A stretch of DNA of 22,811 bases from assembly GCA_051117555.1 (NCBI GenBank), contig JBNPEG010000105.1, forward strand, positions 1-22,811, given 5' to 3'. This document shows, piece after piece, positions 10,082-17,810 of the stretch. This stretch comes from Elainellaceae cyanobacterium. Lineage in GTDB: Bacteria > Cyanobacteriota > Cyanobacteriia > CAZCXK01. Positions within the stretch are counted from its first letter, which is position 1. Each line of letters begins with the position of its first letter. The position numbers and the translations under genes were made by a program. The notes below the pieces were generated by a model. The model was not told the origin of the DNA. It made no database searches and saw only the letters and a program-made list of their open reading frames with translations.

Positions 10082-10169
10082 TATGGCAACCCTAAATCGC
10101 TTGTGAACTGTGTGTGAGCGGTGGGGCGAGTGGCGCTCCACCGCTCACACACCATCTGGGATTGCTACA
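10082..10169. mobile_element. ~88-bp MITE/small dispersed repeat-like element with imperfect terminal inverted repeats and an internal hairpin
   Basis: Ends are TATGGCAACCCTAAAT and ATCTGGGATTGCTACA (imperfect IR). Internal 19-bp stem 10110-10128 / 10134-10152 has one G-T pair and a 5-nt loop. A partial second copy lies at 7057. Confidence 0.65.
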
Positions 10170-10186
10170 GCACTTTGATGGACAAT

Positions 10187-10212
10187 TTAGTAGATGATTA
10201 GTAGATGATTAG
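10187..10212. repeat. 11-bp tandem duplication
   Basis: TTAGTAGATGA x2 plus TTAG. Confidence 0.8.
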
Positions 10213-10410
10213 AATTACGATTTAATATTGCGAAATTCATGACATTAGAACTGTAGGAGTTTTATGCGGCAGATCTCAAATTATGTGTATGCGAGATTAT
10301 GCATGGCGACTTATTTGAATCACTGATTAGTGAAATATCAATCGGTGAGATATCACGGGAGATTTCTAGCATTTCCATTCGCAATCTAGGGATTGCGCAG
10401 TCATATATCC

Positions 10411-11409
10411 ATGAATGCTTCTGTCCTCGTTATCGGGGGCGATTCTTTTTTTGAAACGCTTCTCGGATCGATTCAAAATTCAGCTAATGTAACCGTGGAA
10501 GCGGCTCCCAATCCGTCTGAAGCGGCTCCACTAATCCAGGCACAGCAGCCCGATTTGTTGGTGCTTCAGGCTGAGCAAGAGGGCAGTCTGATGCTTTGCC
10601 AACAGATTAAGGCTCAGAGCCGCCTAGCCTGGATCTATTGTATTGTGATAGGCGATCGCCCGTCTCATTACAATCCGCTAGGTGATCTAACCATTGATAG
10701 TGATAAAGAGTCGGATATCACTGCCCATGCCCTTGAAGCGGGCGTCGATGCATTTATTTGGCGTTCGTGGGATCTGCTCTCGACTGAGACAGAAACGACT
10801 CAACGGCTTGCTCGGCAAGACCACTTGTTTCAGGCTCACGTTCGCGCCGGGCTGCGTCGAGTGCAAAACTACCGAGAACTGATGCGAGCCAATGATTTGT
10901 TATCGGCGATCGCCCTTTCTGATCCGCTTACCGAGTTAAATAATCGTCGGGCCTTTGAGTGGGAACTACCTCGTCAGATTCGCAACGCCCAAAGCCGAGA
11001 CATTCCCATTAGTCTATTAATGCTGGATATCGATTATTTCAAATCAATCAATGACAATCACGGCCATTTGGTGGGCGATCGCGCCCTCAAGCTTGTATCT
11101 GCTCGTCTTCGCCACAACTTACGCTTTTATGACACCCCATTTCGGTATGGTGGGGAAGAATTTATTGTGATTCTCAGTGAAACTGGAGCGCAAGAAGCGC
11201 TGACCATCGCTCAACGCCTCTGCCGCCTTATTTCCGAACAGCCCTTTACGATCGACGATTCTCTAGACCTAACCATTACCATTAGCGCTGGAACCGCCAC
11301 GCTCGTGCAGGATGACGATGAAGACGGCACCAGCCTCATTCATCGGGCTGACCAAAATTTGCTGAAAGCAAAATCTCAAGGCCGTAATCGAGTTGTAGGA
11401 GAAGGGTGA
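10411..11409 (+). CDS. Diguanylate cyclase with degenerate N-terminal receiver domain (PleD/WspR-like)
   Basis: DPLTELNNRR, LLMLDIDYFKSINDNHGHLVGD, RFYD I-site five residues before GGEEF, AKSQGRNRV. REC-like N-terminus (VLVIG...QPDLLVLQ). Preferred start is ATG 10411. Confidence 0.92.
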   Translation: MNASVLVIGGDSFFETLLGSIQNSANVTVEAAPNPSEAAPLIQAQQPDLLVLQAEQEGSLMLCQQIKAQSRLAWIYCIVIGDRPSHYNPLGDLTIDSDKESDITAHALEAGVDAFIWRSWDLLSTETETTQRLARQDHLFQAHVRAGLRRVQNYRELMRANDLLSAIALSDPLTELNNRRAFEWELPRQIRNAQSRDIPISLLMLDIDYFKSINDNHGHLVGDRALKLVSARLRHNLRFYDTPFRYGGEEFIVILSETGAQEALTIAQRLCRLISEQPFTIDDSLDLTITISAGTATLVQDDDEDGTSLIHRADQNLLKAKSQGRNRVVGEG

Positions 11410-11454
11410 GAAAGTAAAGGTGGGATCAGGTTTGATACTCAACTCGTCTAACTC

Positions 11455-12510
11455 GTGACTATGCCAACCCGTCGTCAAATCAATCATGCTTTATTGACTG
11501 GTGCAATCACCTCTTTGCTAGCCTCGCTCACTAAGCCGGGGCAGGCAGTAGAGTCATCGGTGATTAAACCAGACAGGCTTCAGTCGGGCGATCGCATTGG
11601 CATTGTCAGCCCAGCTAGTGCAACGTTTCTTCGAGAAGACTTTGATATCGTGGCAGATGCCGTGCGTGGCTTAGGGTTGGTTCCCCACGCAGCTCCTCAT
11701 ATATTTGCTCGGCGAGGATACTTAGGCGGCACAGACGATATGAGAGCGTCTGATATTAACCAAATGTTTGCCGATCCAAATATTGCAGCGATTCTTCCTG
11801 TTCGAGGGGGATGGGGATGCAGCCGCATTTTGCCCTACCTCGATTACGACTCTATTCAGCAAAATCCTAAGATTTTAGTGGGTTTTAGCGATTTGACGGC
11901 GCTGATTCTCGGCATTTATGCCAAAACTGGGCTGGTCACCTTCCACGGCCCTAACGGACTGACGGGCTGGCGCACGTATCAGACCGAATGGTTTCGCCGC
12001 ATTTTGTTCGAGGGTGAATCTCCAACATTTGTCAATGTGAGAGACGCTGCTGATGGCGATCGCCTCATGCAGGTTAATTACCGCATCCAAACCATCACGC
12101 CAGGGAACGTCCAGGGCAGGCTAGTGGGCGGCAATCTATCTGTGCTATCCGCCCTAGTCGGTTCTCCCTACCTGCCTGATTTTCAGGGCTCCATTCTGTT
12201 TCTAGAAGACATTGGCGAAACCATTTACCGAATTGATCGCATGATGACGCAGCTGAAGTTGGCGGGAATTCTCGATCAGATTGCCGGGTTTGTCTTTGGG
12301 CAATGCCGTAATTGCCGCCCTGATGAAAGCTATGGCTCTCTAACCCTCGAAGATGTGATTTGGGATCACATCCAACCGCTCGGAATACCCGCCTGGTATG
12401 GGGCCATGATTGGACATATCGAACCCATCGCTACGCTGCCCATTGGGTTGCCCGTCGAGATTGATGCAACGGCAGGCACAATCGCTATGCTCGAATCGGC
12501 AGTGATTTGA
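11455..12510 (+). CDS. S66 family LD-carboxypeptidase (LdcA/MccF-like) with putative Tat signal peptide
   Basis: GDRIGIVSPAS, RGGWG, catalytic Ser in VGFSD, GGNL, Glu in FLEDIGE, His in IGH. N-terminal TRRQ, hydrophobic stretch and GQA. Start is GTG 11455 or ATG 11461. Confidence 0.9.
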   Translation: MTMPTRRQINHALLTGAITSLLASLTKPGQAVESSVIKPDRLQSGDRIGIVSPASATFLREDFDIVADAVRGLGLVPHAAPHIFARRGYLGGTDDMRASDINQMFADPNIAAILPVRGGWGCSRILPYLDYDSIQQNPKILVGFSDLTALILGIYAKTGLVTFHGPNGLTGWRTYQTEWFRRILFEGESPTFVNVRDAADGDRLMQVNYRIQTITPGNVQGRLVGGNLSVLSALVGSPYLPDFQGSILFLEDIGETIYRIDRMMTQLKLAGILDQIAGFVFGQCRNCRPDESYGSLTLEDVIWDHIQPLGIPAWYGAMIGHIEPIATLPIGLPVEIDATAGTIAMLESAVI

Positions 12511-12533
12511 CACGTGAGTGAGTCAATTTCAAA

Positions 12534-12839
12534 TTAACCATCATCCGGTCGATTTGGACCCGGCATTCCTTTGGGCGTATAAACCTTGCTGCTGGCATTC
12601 ATGCGACCCAGAATAGTCGCTGTTGTACCGGCCATGATAATGACAACATCAGATACCGCGTGGGGGTCAACTCTGCCCTCAGTTTGATAATCCTCAACCT
12701 GCTGAGCAATAATCGGTGAAACGGCGGCGATCGCTGTCAAGACAGCACCCCACACCGTATTACTTTGAAAAATACTTTTATGGGTGGCGGGCGAGCTCGA
12801 CTGAGAAGAAATTGGCCGAGTAATTTGAGAGTTAACCAT
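12534..12839 (-). CDS. Small two-TM membrane protein, holin-like
   Basis: GGAG RBS upstream; two hydrophobic segments; KSIFQSNTVWGA...ILGRMNA...YTPKG pattern resembles K.w..SkT.Wg...GR..A holin-like proteins found beside phage lysins (recalled, not searched). Confidence 0.55.
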   Translation of the reverse strand: MVNSQITRPISSQSSSPATHKSIFQSNTVWGAVLTAIAAVSPIIAQQVEDYQTEGRVDPHAVSDVVIIMAGTTATILGRMNASSKVYTPKGMPGPNRPDDG

Positions 12840-13075
12840 AATACATCTCCAAGGGGGGCATAGTTGAAGCCACAGCGTCCGTTGGTGAGATTCCTGAAAG
12901 GGTATCCACTTTATCGGTCGTCACTTCACAGCCTTGGTCGCTCATCTACCCCCTCATTGCGGGATCAATGATGCGAAAAATTAGCACAGTAGCACTGTAG
13001 TACTCTCGTCAGCATGACCGATATAAATGCCCTGTTGCCATTAAGCGGTACTATTATGAAGCGCTTGAGCCACGC

Positions 13076-13318
13076 TTACGAGATTAGATTTCGATGCTTC
13101 GGCGATGACGCACCGTATCGCCCAGCCACCAAAAGAGCTACCAACACCAGCGCTTTGAGCAATAAAGGCGCCCATATTAACCCTGCTAAGCATCCGGCAC
13201 AGGTCACAATCGTTGCAAATAATTTAATAATCTCTTCGGTCGCACCCATGCTAATAAATGCAGCGCCTACTGTCACAGAGAGAATCGCCAACAGACTGAA
13301 AGAGAGCACGTCAGTCAC
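13076..13318 (-). CDS. Small hydrophobic membrane protein (about 3 TM), unknown function
   Basis: 77-80 aa, almost entirely hydrophobic with a basic C-tail. GAGGT lies 7 nt before the alternative GTG at 13309. Confidence 0.65.
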   Translation of the reverse strand: MTDVLSFSLLAILSVTVGAAFISMGATEEIIKLFATIVTCAGCLAGLIWAPLLLKALVLVALLVAGRYGASSPKHRNLIS

Positions 13319-13614
13319 CTCATTAAAAAAATCGCCAATGCCTAAATCGAAGATCTAGGCGTTACGCTCTATCGGTCAGAATAGAAGCGTCCGTTAATCA
13401 TCACTTCCACTACTTGGGTGAGGTTTACGGAATATTGAGAAAATGGTGAGAATTGCTGCGATCGCTCGACCATTGCCTCTAAATCAATTTACCTAAACGT
13501 GCTCTGTAATATCGCAAAATGATGTCAGTTTAAAATGTGTCCCTAAGACGAGCATCCAGACCTGACCATACACTAACGGATTGAGCAATTAATTTATTCT
13601 GACAGGCATTATTC

Positions 13615-14916
13615 ATGGTTCAACAATTTTTGAGAGTTAATCGTGACACCCTCTTTAAGCTGCATCCAGAGCAGTCATCGAAGCTGACCAACGAAGAAGT
13701 ATTCAGCGTCAAAGCGGGTACAACCTACGAGATTCAATCCTATGCTTATGCGGATATAGATGGCGACTTTAATGGGCACATCAAGTTTGCCCTCAAGGAT
13801 GACTCCATTCGAGGCTTAAACACCTGGTTTGTTTACGATGCTCATGCTCAAGTTGAAGCGGGCGGTGAGATTGTCTATCCCAAAGAAGACCAAGTCGCTA
13901 TCCCCATTCTCCGCACTACGCAAAACACTCTGTTCAAGCGCAGCCCGATTCAGTCGTCACAACTGCCTCAAGACGAACTGTACAGCGTAGAGTCAAATCA
14001 AGCCTTCACCCTCCATTCCTATGCCCACTTCGATTCTCGCGGTGACTTTAGTAGTCATATCAAGTTCGCGCTGCGCTATCAGCAAGACTATATTCGCGGA
14101 CTCAGCACGTGGTTTGTCTATGACCAGCACGCCTATGTAGAATTTGATGGTGATGTGGTCTACCCTCCCGAAGATCCGAATACTCCGACGTTAATAATTA
14201 CTCAAGATACGCTTTTTAAGCGTCGCCCTGAGCAATCCTCATCGCTCCCAAACGATGAAGTATATCGGGTTCCCAAGGGAACGACCCTCAAGCTGCATTC
14301 GTACGCATATGCAGATGCAAGTGGTCAAGATTTTAACGGTCACGTTAAAGTCGCGCTGAAATATGAGAAAGACTACATTAAGTATCTAAGCACGTGGTAT
14401 GTCTACAAAGGGCATCTCAAAATTGAGCGAAATGGAAAGATTGTTTATCCGCCTCAGCAGCCGTCTCCATCGCCTGCACCGCCATCTTACACAGGCAAAA
14501 GCTTTAAGCTTCCGGGTAATGTAAGCACGTTTTATACTGACCAGCCCATCATTCCTGGCGGAGATTTTACTTGGGGAGAGGCGACCAAAAATGCCACAAG
14601 GCTTCCGACGGATGTGTCAATTGTTGACAATATTATCGCTCTCGCGCGTCAGCTTCAAAAAGCTAGAGACCAAATCGGACGACCGTTTCGAGTTAACTCT
14701 TGGTATCGTCCTACGGCGGTGAATGAGGCAGTAGGGGGAGCATCTCGTAGTTATCATTTATACGGAATGGCAGCAGATTTAGAAGTGTCGGGGTATAGCG
14801 GCAGACGACTTGCCAATGCGGTCATGCCGTGGTGGACAGGAGGAATTGGGATTTACAGCAATATTCCCGATATTGTTCACCTCGATATTGGCCCTAAACG
14901 GATGTGGGGATTTTAA
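13615..14916 (+). CDS. Peptidase M15A (Zn D-Ala-D-Ala carboxypeptidase/endolysin-like) with three N-terminal ~85-aa repeats
   Basis: C-terminal SWYRP..N.AVGGA..S.H..G.AAD and VHLD (H-x6-D...H Zn ligands); three T.FK..P.QSS.L...H.KFAL...TW.VY..H repeats; Pro-rich linker. Confidence 0.88.
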   Translation: MVQQFLRVNRDTLFKLHPEQSSKLTNEEVFSVKAGTTYEIQSYAYADIDGDFNGHIKFALKDDSIRGLNTWFVYDAHAQVEAGGEIVYPKEDQVAIPILRTTQNTLFKRSPIQSSQLPQDELYSVESNQAFTLHSYAHFDSRGDFSSHIKFALRYQQDYIRGLSTWFVYDQHAYVEFDGDVVYPPEDPNTPTLIITQDTLFKRRPEQSSSLPNDEVYRVPKGTTLKLHSYAYADASGQDFNGHVKVALKYEKDYIKYLSTWYVYKGHLKIERNGKIVYPPQQPSPSPAPPSYTGKSFKLPGNVSTFYTDQPIIPGGDFTWGEATKNATRLPTDVSIVDNIIALARQLQKARDQIGRPFRVNSWYRPTAVNEAVGGASRSYHLYGMAADLEVSGYSGRRLANAVMPWWTGGIGIYSNIPDIVHLDIGPKRMWGF

Positions 14917-15087
14917 TTCTGCATAAAAGAATTTTGAGCACATGATGGCGCGATCGCCTGCATATCAGGAAAAACTGGAAAAAATTGTATCAATTCTACT
15001 TAAGGAGGTATGTTTTAGCTCCAATGGCGTATATTCTCACTATCAGGGTTAATTAAACCTCATAGCAAACTAGATTGGCATCGTAAA

Positions 15088-15131
15088 TGTATCACTTGCC
15101 ACAAAATGCTGCTCGCAAGCGGTGATAGAAA
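15088..15131 (+). promoter_or_regulatory. Putative NtcA-activated promoter of glnB
   Basis: TGTA-TCACTTGC-CACA (GTA-N8-CAC, one mismatch to GTA-N8-TAC), followed 23 nt later by TAGAAA preceded by TGn. glnB is an established NtcA target. Confidence 0.45.
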
Positions 15132-15183
15132 CGGTGAGACTATTGAGCAGACAAAAGTGTGAGAGAAGGGAGTCGCGCAATAG

Positions 15184-15522
<339 letters not shown>

Positions 15523-15602
15523 AAGCACAATCTCAGTGACGTCTGAGTGCTGAATATCGTGTGTCGAATATCGTATTGATAGGTCGAGCTTTAAATAGGC
15601 TT

Positions 15603-15646
15603 GGGCGATCGCCAGGATTTTAATCGGGCGATCGCTTTGTCGTTTT
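15603..15646 (+). terminator. Putative intrinsic terminator after glnB formed by two HIP1 sites
   Basis: GGGCGATCGCC (15603-15613) pairs with GGCGATCGCTT (15627-15637), followed by a T-rich tail. Confidence 0.45.
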
Positions 15647-15656
15647 GCCTGCCTTC

Positions 15657-15748
15657 TATAGTTCTACAGGCGTAGATTTGTGATGAACCCGCGCGCCGCG
15701 CGGGTTCATCACACGTTCAGCGTCCTAACGCGAGAGCGTACGGCTATA
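15657..15748. mobile_element. ~92-bp MITE/REP-like element bounded by TATAG...GCTATA with a perfect internal palindrome
   Basis: Perfect 17-bp arms TGTGATGAACCCGCGCG (15679-15695) and CGCGCGGGTTCATCACA (15697-15713). Ends are TATAGTTCTAC and GTACGGCTATA. Confidence 0.55.
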
Positions 15749-15891
15749 CAATTCAATGAATCAAATCTAAATCAAAACGGTAAGCATCACTACGGCAGAT
15801 CTGGATCGTTTGAGGGTATACACACAACAATTCACGTTCAATCACGCTCAAACGCCATCGAACTTCATCGGGAGTCTGCCACAACGCCATT

Positions 15892-17328
15892 ATGTTTACT
15901 CTCAGAGACGTTTTCTTTGCATTTATCTGGATTGCTTTGCTGGTGCTGGCTGGGCGATATGTCAAGCAGAAAATCGGCTGGATCCAGAAACTCTACCTGC
16001 CAGAATCGATCGTAGCGGGTGCGCTAGCACTGTTATTAGGTCCCCAAGTCTTAGGTGCGATTGTCGCCTCGCTGAGTGGAGACGATGCCCTACTCGCCCA
16101 AGGGCTTTTCGCCGAACCCATTCGAGCAGTCTGGTCACAATCCCCTGGCATTTTCATCAATATTGTATTTGCAGCCCTGTTTCTCGGTGAATCCATTCCC
16201 CAACCTAGAGACATCTGGCGCAAAGCCGCGCCGCAGGTCGTTTTTGGTCAGTCATTAGCATGGGGACAATATGTAGTCGGGAGTCTTGTTACCCTCCTCA
16301 TTTTGATTCCGGTTTTTGGAGCAAACCCCATTTCAGCCGCACTCATTGAAATTGGATTTGAGGGTGGGCATGGCACCGCTGGAGGAATGGCCGAAACTCT
16401 AGAAGAATTGGGTTTTGCTGACGGTCCCGATCTAGCCCTTGGATTGGCCACCGTTGGCATTGTATCGGGGATTATTGCCGGGACGGCATTGGCCGAGTGG
16501 GCTCGAAAGAAGCGACATATCCGCACCCTCCAATCAGACGTTAATCAACCCGATGATATTCCTGAGCTCACTCATACCGAAAATCAAGACGTGCAACGTC
16601 GTCGGCGTCATTTGATGCGGGGGCTTCTCATCGATCCCTTATCGCTCAATTTTGGTTTTGTCGGAATTGCCGTCATCATCGGTTGGTTGATTCAAAAAGG
16701 GCTTGTCCTAATCGAATCACTCACATGGGGACAAACCGGATTTACAGTCATGAGCTACGTGCCGTTGTTTCCCATGGCGCTCATCGGAGGCATTGTGGTG
16801 CAACTCATCATGGAACGATTAGAGTTGAGCGCATTAATCATTCAGCCACTCATGAAAAGCATCGCGGGCATGGCGCTCGATGTAGTGGTCGTTACGGCGC
16901 TAGCATCCATCTCTCTAACCGTGATTGGCAGCAACCTCGGGACCTTTATTATTCTTAGCGTTGCCGGTATCGCTTGGAATATTTGTTTCTTTATGTACTA
17001 TGCTCCACGTATCTTTCCTGATCATTGGTTCGAGAAAGGCATCGGCGATATGGGGCAATCGATGGGAGTAACGGCTACTGGAATTTTGCTTTTGCGGATG
17101 GTGGATCCAGATAACAGCTCCGGTGCATTTGAAAGTTTTGCCTACAAACAGCTCTTTTTTGAACCTATTGTGGGTGGGGGGCTCTTTACAGCGGCTGCAC
17201 CGGCATTGATTGCTCGATTAGGATTGATACCGACCTTACTAATCACAGGTGGCCTCTTAATATTTTGGTTAATAGCTGGCTATCTTCTTATGCGGCAGCG
17301 ATCGCCCCAAGAAGCAATTTCTCGTTAG
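15892..17328 (+). CDS. gltS: Sodium:glutamate symporter (GltS/ESS family)
   Basis: 478-aa polytopic membrane protein with LPESIVAG, GFEGGHGTAGG and GQSMGVTATG re-entrant loop motifs. Confidence 0.88.
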   Translation: MFTLRDVFFAFIWIALLVLAGRYVKQKIGWIQKLYLPESIVAGALALLLGPQVLGAIVASLSGDDALLAQGLFAEPIRAVWSQSPGIFINIVFAALFLGESIPQPRDIWRKAAPQVVFGQSLAWGQYVVGSLVTLLILIPVFGANPISAALIEIGFEGGHGTAGGMAETLEELGFADGPDLALGLATVGIVSGIIAGTALAEWARKKRHIRTLQSDVNQPDDIPELTHTENQDVQRRRRHLMRGLLIDPLSLNFGFVGIAVIIGWLIQKGLVLIESLTWGQTGFTVMSYVPLFPMALIGGIVVQLIMERLELSALIIQPLMKSIAGMALDVVVVTALASISLTVIGSNLGTFIILSVAGIAWNICFFMYYAPRIFPDHWFEKGIGDMGQSMGVTATGILLLRMVDPDNSSGAFESFAYKQLFFEPIVGGGLFTAAAPALIARLGLIPTLLITGGLLIFWLIAGYLLMRQRSPQEAISR

Positions 17329-17373
17329 ACGACTGCCAACTCTCCACGAGTTTTCTTCTACGTTAAACGTTGG

Positions 17374-17415
17374 CTCCCTCCAACTGGTACAATGCGATCG
17401 CTCAGTTGGAGGGAG
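17374..17415 (+). promoter_or_regulatory. Perfect 13-bp inverted repeat occluding the DUF4090 RBS, with an extended -10 box in the loop
   Basis: CTCCCTCCAACTG (17374-17386) / CAGTTGGAGGGAG (17403-17415); TG-G-TACAAT at 17385-17393; ATG at 17420. Confidence 0.65.
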
Positions 17416-17419
17416 TTTC

Positions 17420-17713
17420 ATGACTACAGATGCTCAATCGACTACAGGCGCAGATGCCGTAGACGCGGCGATCGCCCAGGGGCTTGACCTGGATGGTTCC
17501 CCGATTCCACCCGAAAAGCTAACGCTCTACAATAGCGTGATGGCACTCGAAGCCAACCGTCAGCGCAGCGGAGTGTCTAACACCATGCGATCGCGCATCG
17601 TAAGAATTGGTGCCAAACACATTGCCCAAGACGAGCTCAATCAAATGCTGCTAGATGCCGGATTTGCGCCCCTTAAAGACAAGGAAATCGCCTTCTATTA
17701 CAGCGGAAAGTAA
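17420..17713 (+). CDS. DUF4090 family protein (Synechocystis Ssr1528-like)
   Basis: 97 aa; TTGADAVD.AI..G.DLDGSPIP...RQRSGVSNTMRSRIVRIGAKH...LK.KEIAFYY signature. Confidence 0.88.
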   Translation: MTTDAQSTTGADAVDAAIAQGLDLDGSPIPPEKLTLYNSVMALEANRQRSGVSNTMRSRIVRIGAKHIAQDELNQMLLDAGFAPLKDKEIAFYYSGK

Positions 17714-17769
17714 TAGGAGGACAGGATTAAAACCAAAAGAATAATTCTAAGTTAACAAAGCTGCAAAAC

Positions 17770-17800
17770 TCGATCCCGGCTTGCTTCAAAGCCGTATCGA
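17770..17800 (-). terminator. Possible terminator between convergent DUF4090 and kinase genes
   Basis: Imperfect stem TCGAT..CGGCTT / AAGCCG.ATCGA, followed on the minus strand by GTTTTG. Confidence 0.35.
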
Positions 17801-17810
17801 TAGCTATAGG

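Noticed and set aside
5857..10212. Short direct repeats as a CRISPR array
   Set aside because: Units are 11-17 bp, contiguous or kilobases apart, with no spacers and no cas genes.
13014..13358. 114-aa plus-strand ORF
   Set aside because: Antisense to the more plausible hydrophobic membrane protein ORF.
12534..14916. Intact prophage
   Set aside because: No integrase, terminase, structural genes or att repeats, and the flanks are housekeeping genes.
14987..14999. GTA-N7-TAC as an NtcA box
   Set aside because: The spacer is 7 nt rather than 8; the 15088 site fits better.
15523..15891. Glutamine (glnA-type) riboswitch upstream of gltS
   Set aside because: I could not find the conserved GGAAGUA / GAAG-AACG elements. 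The structure is better explained as a repeat element.
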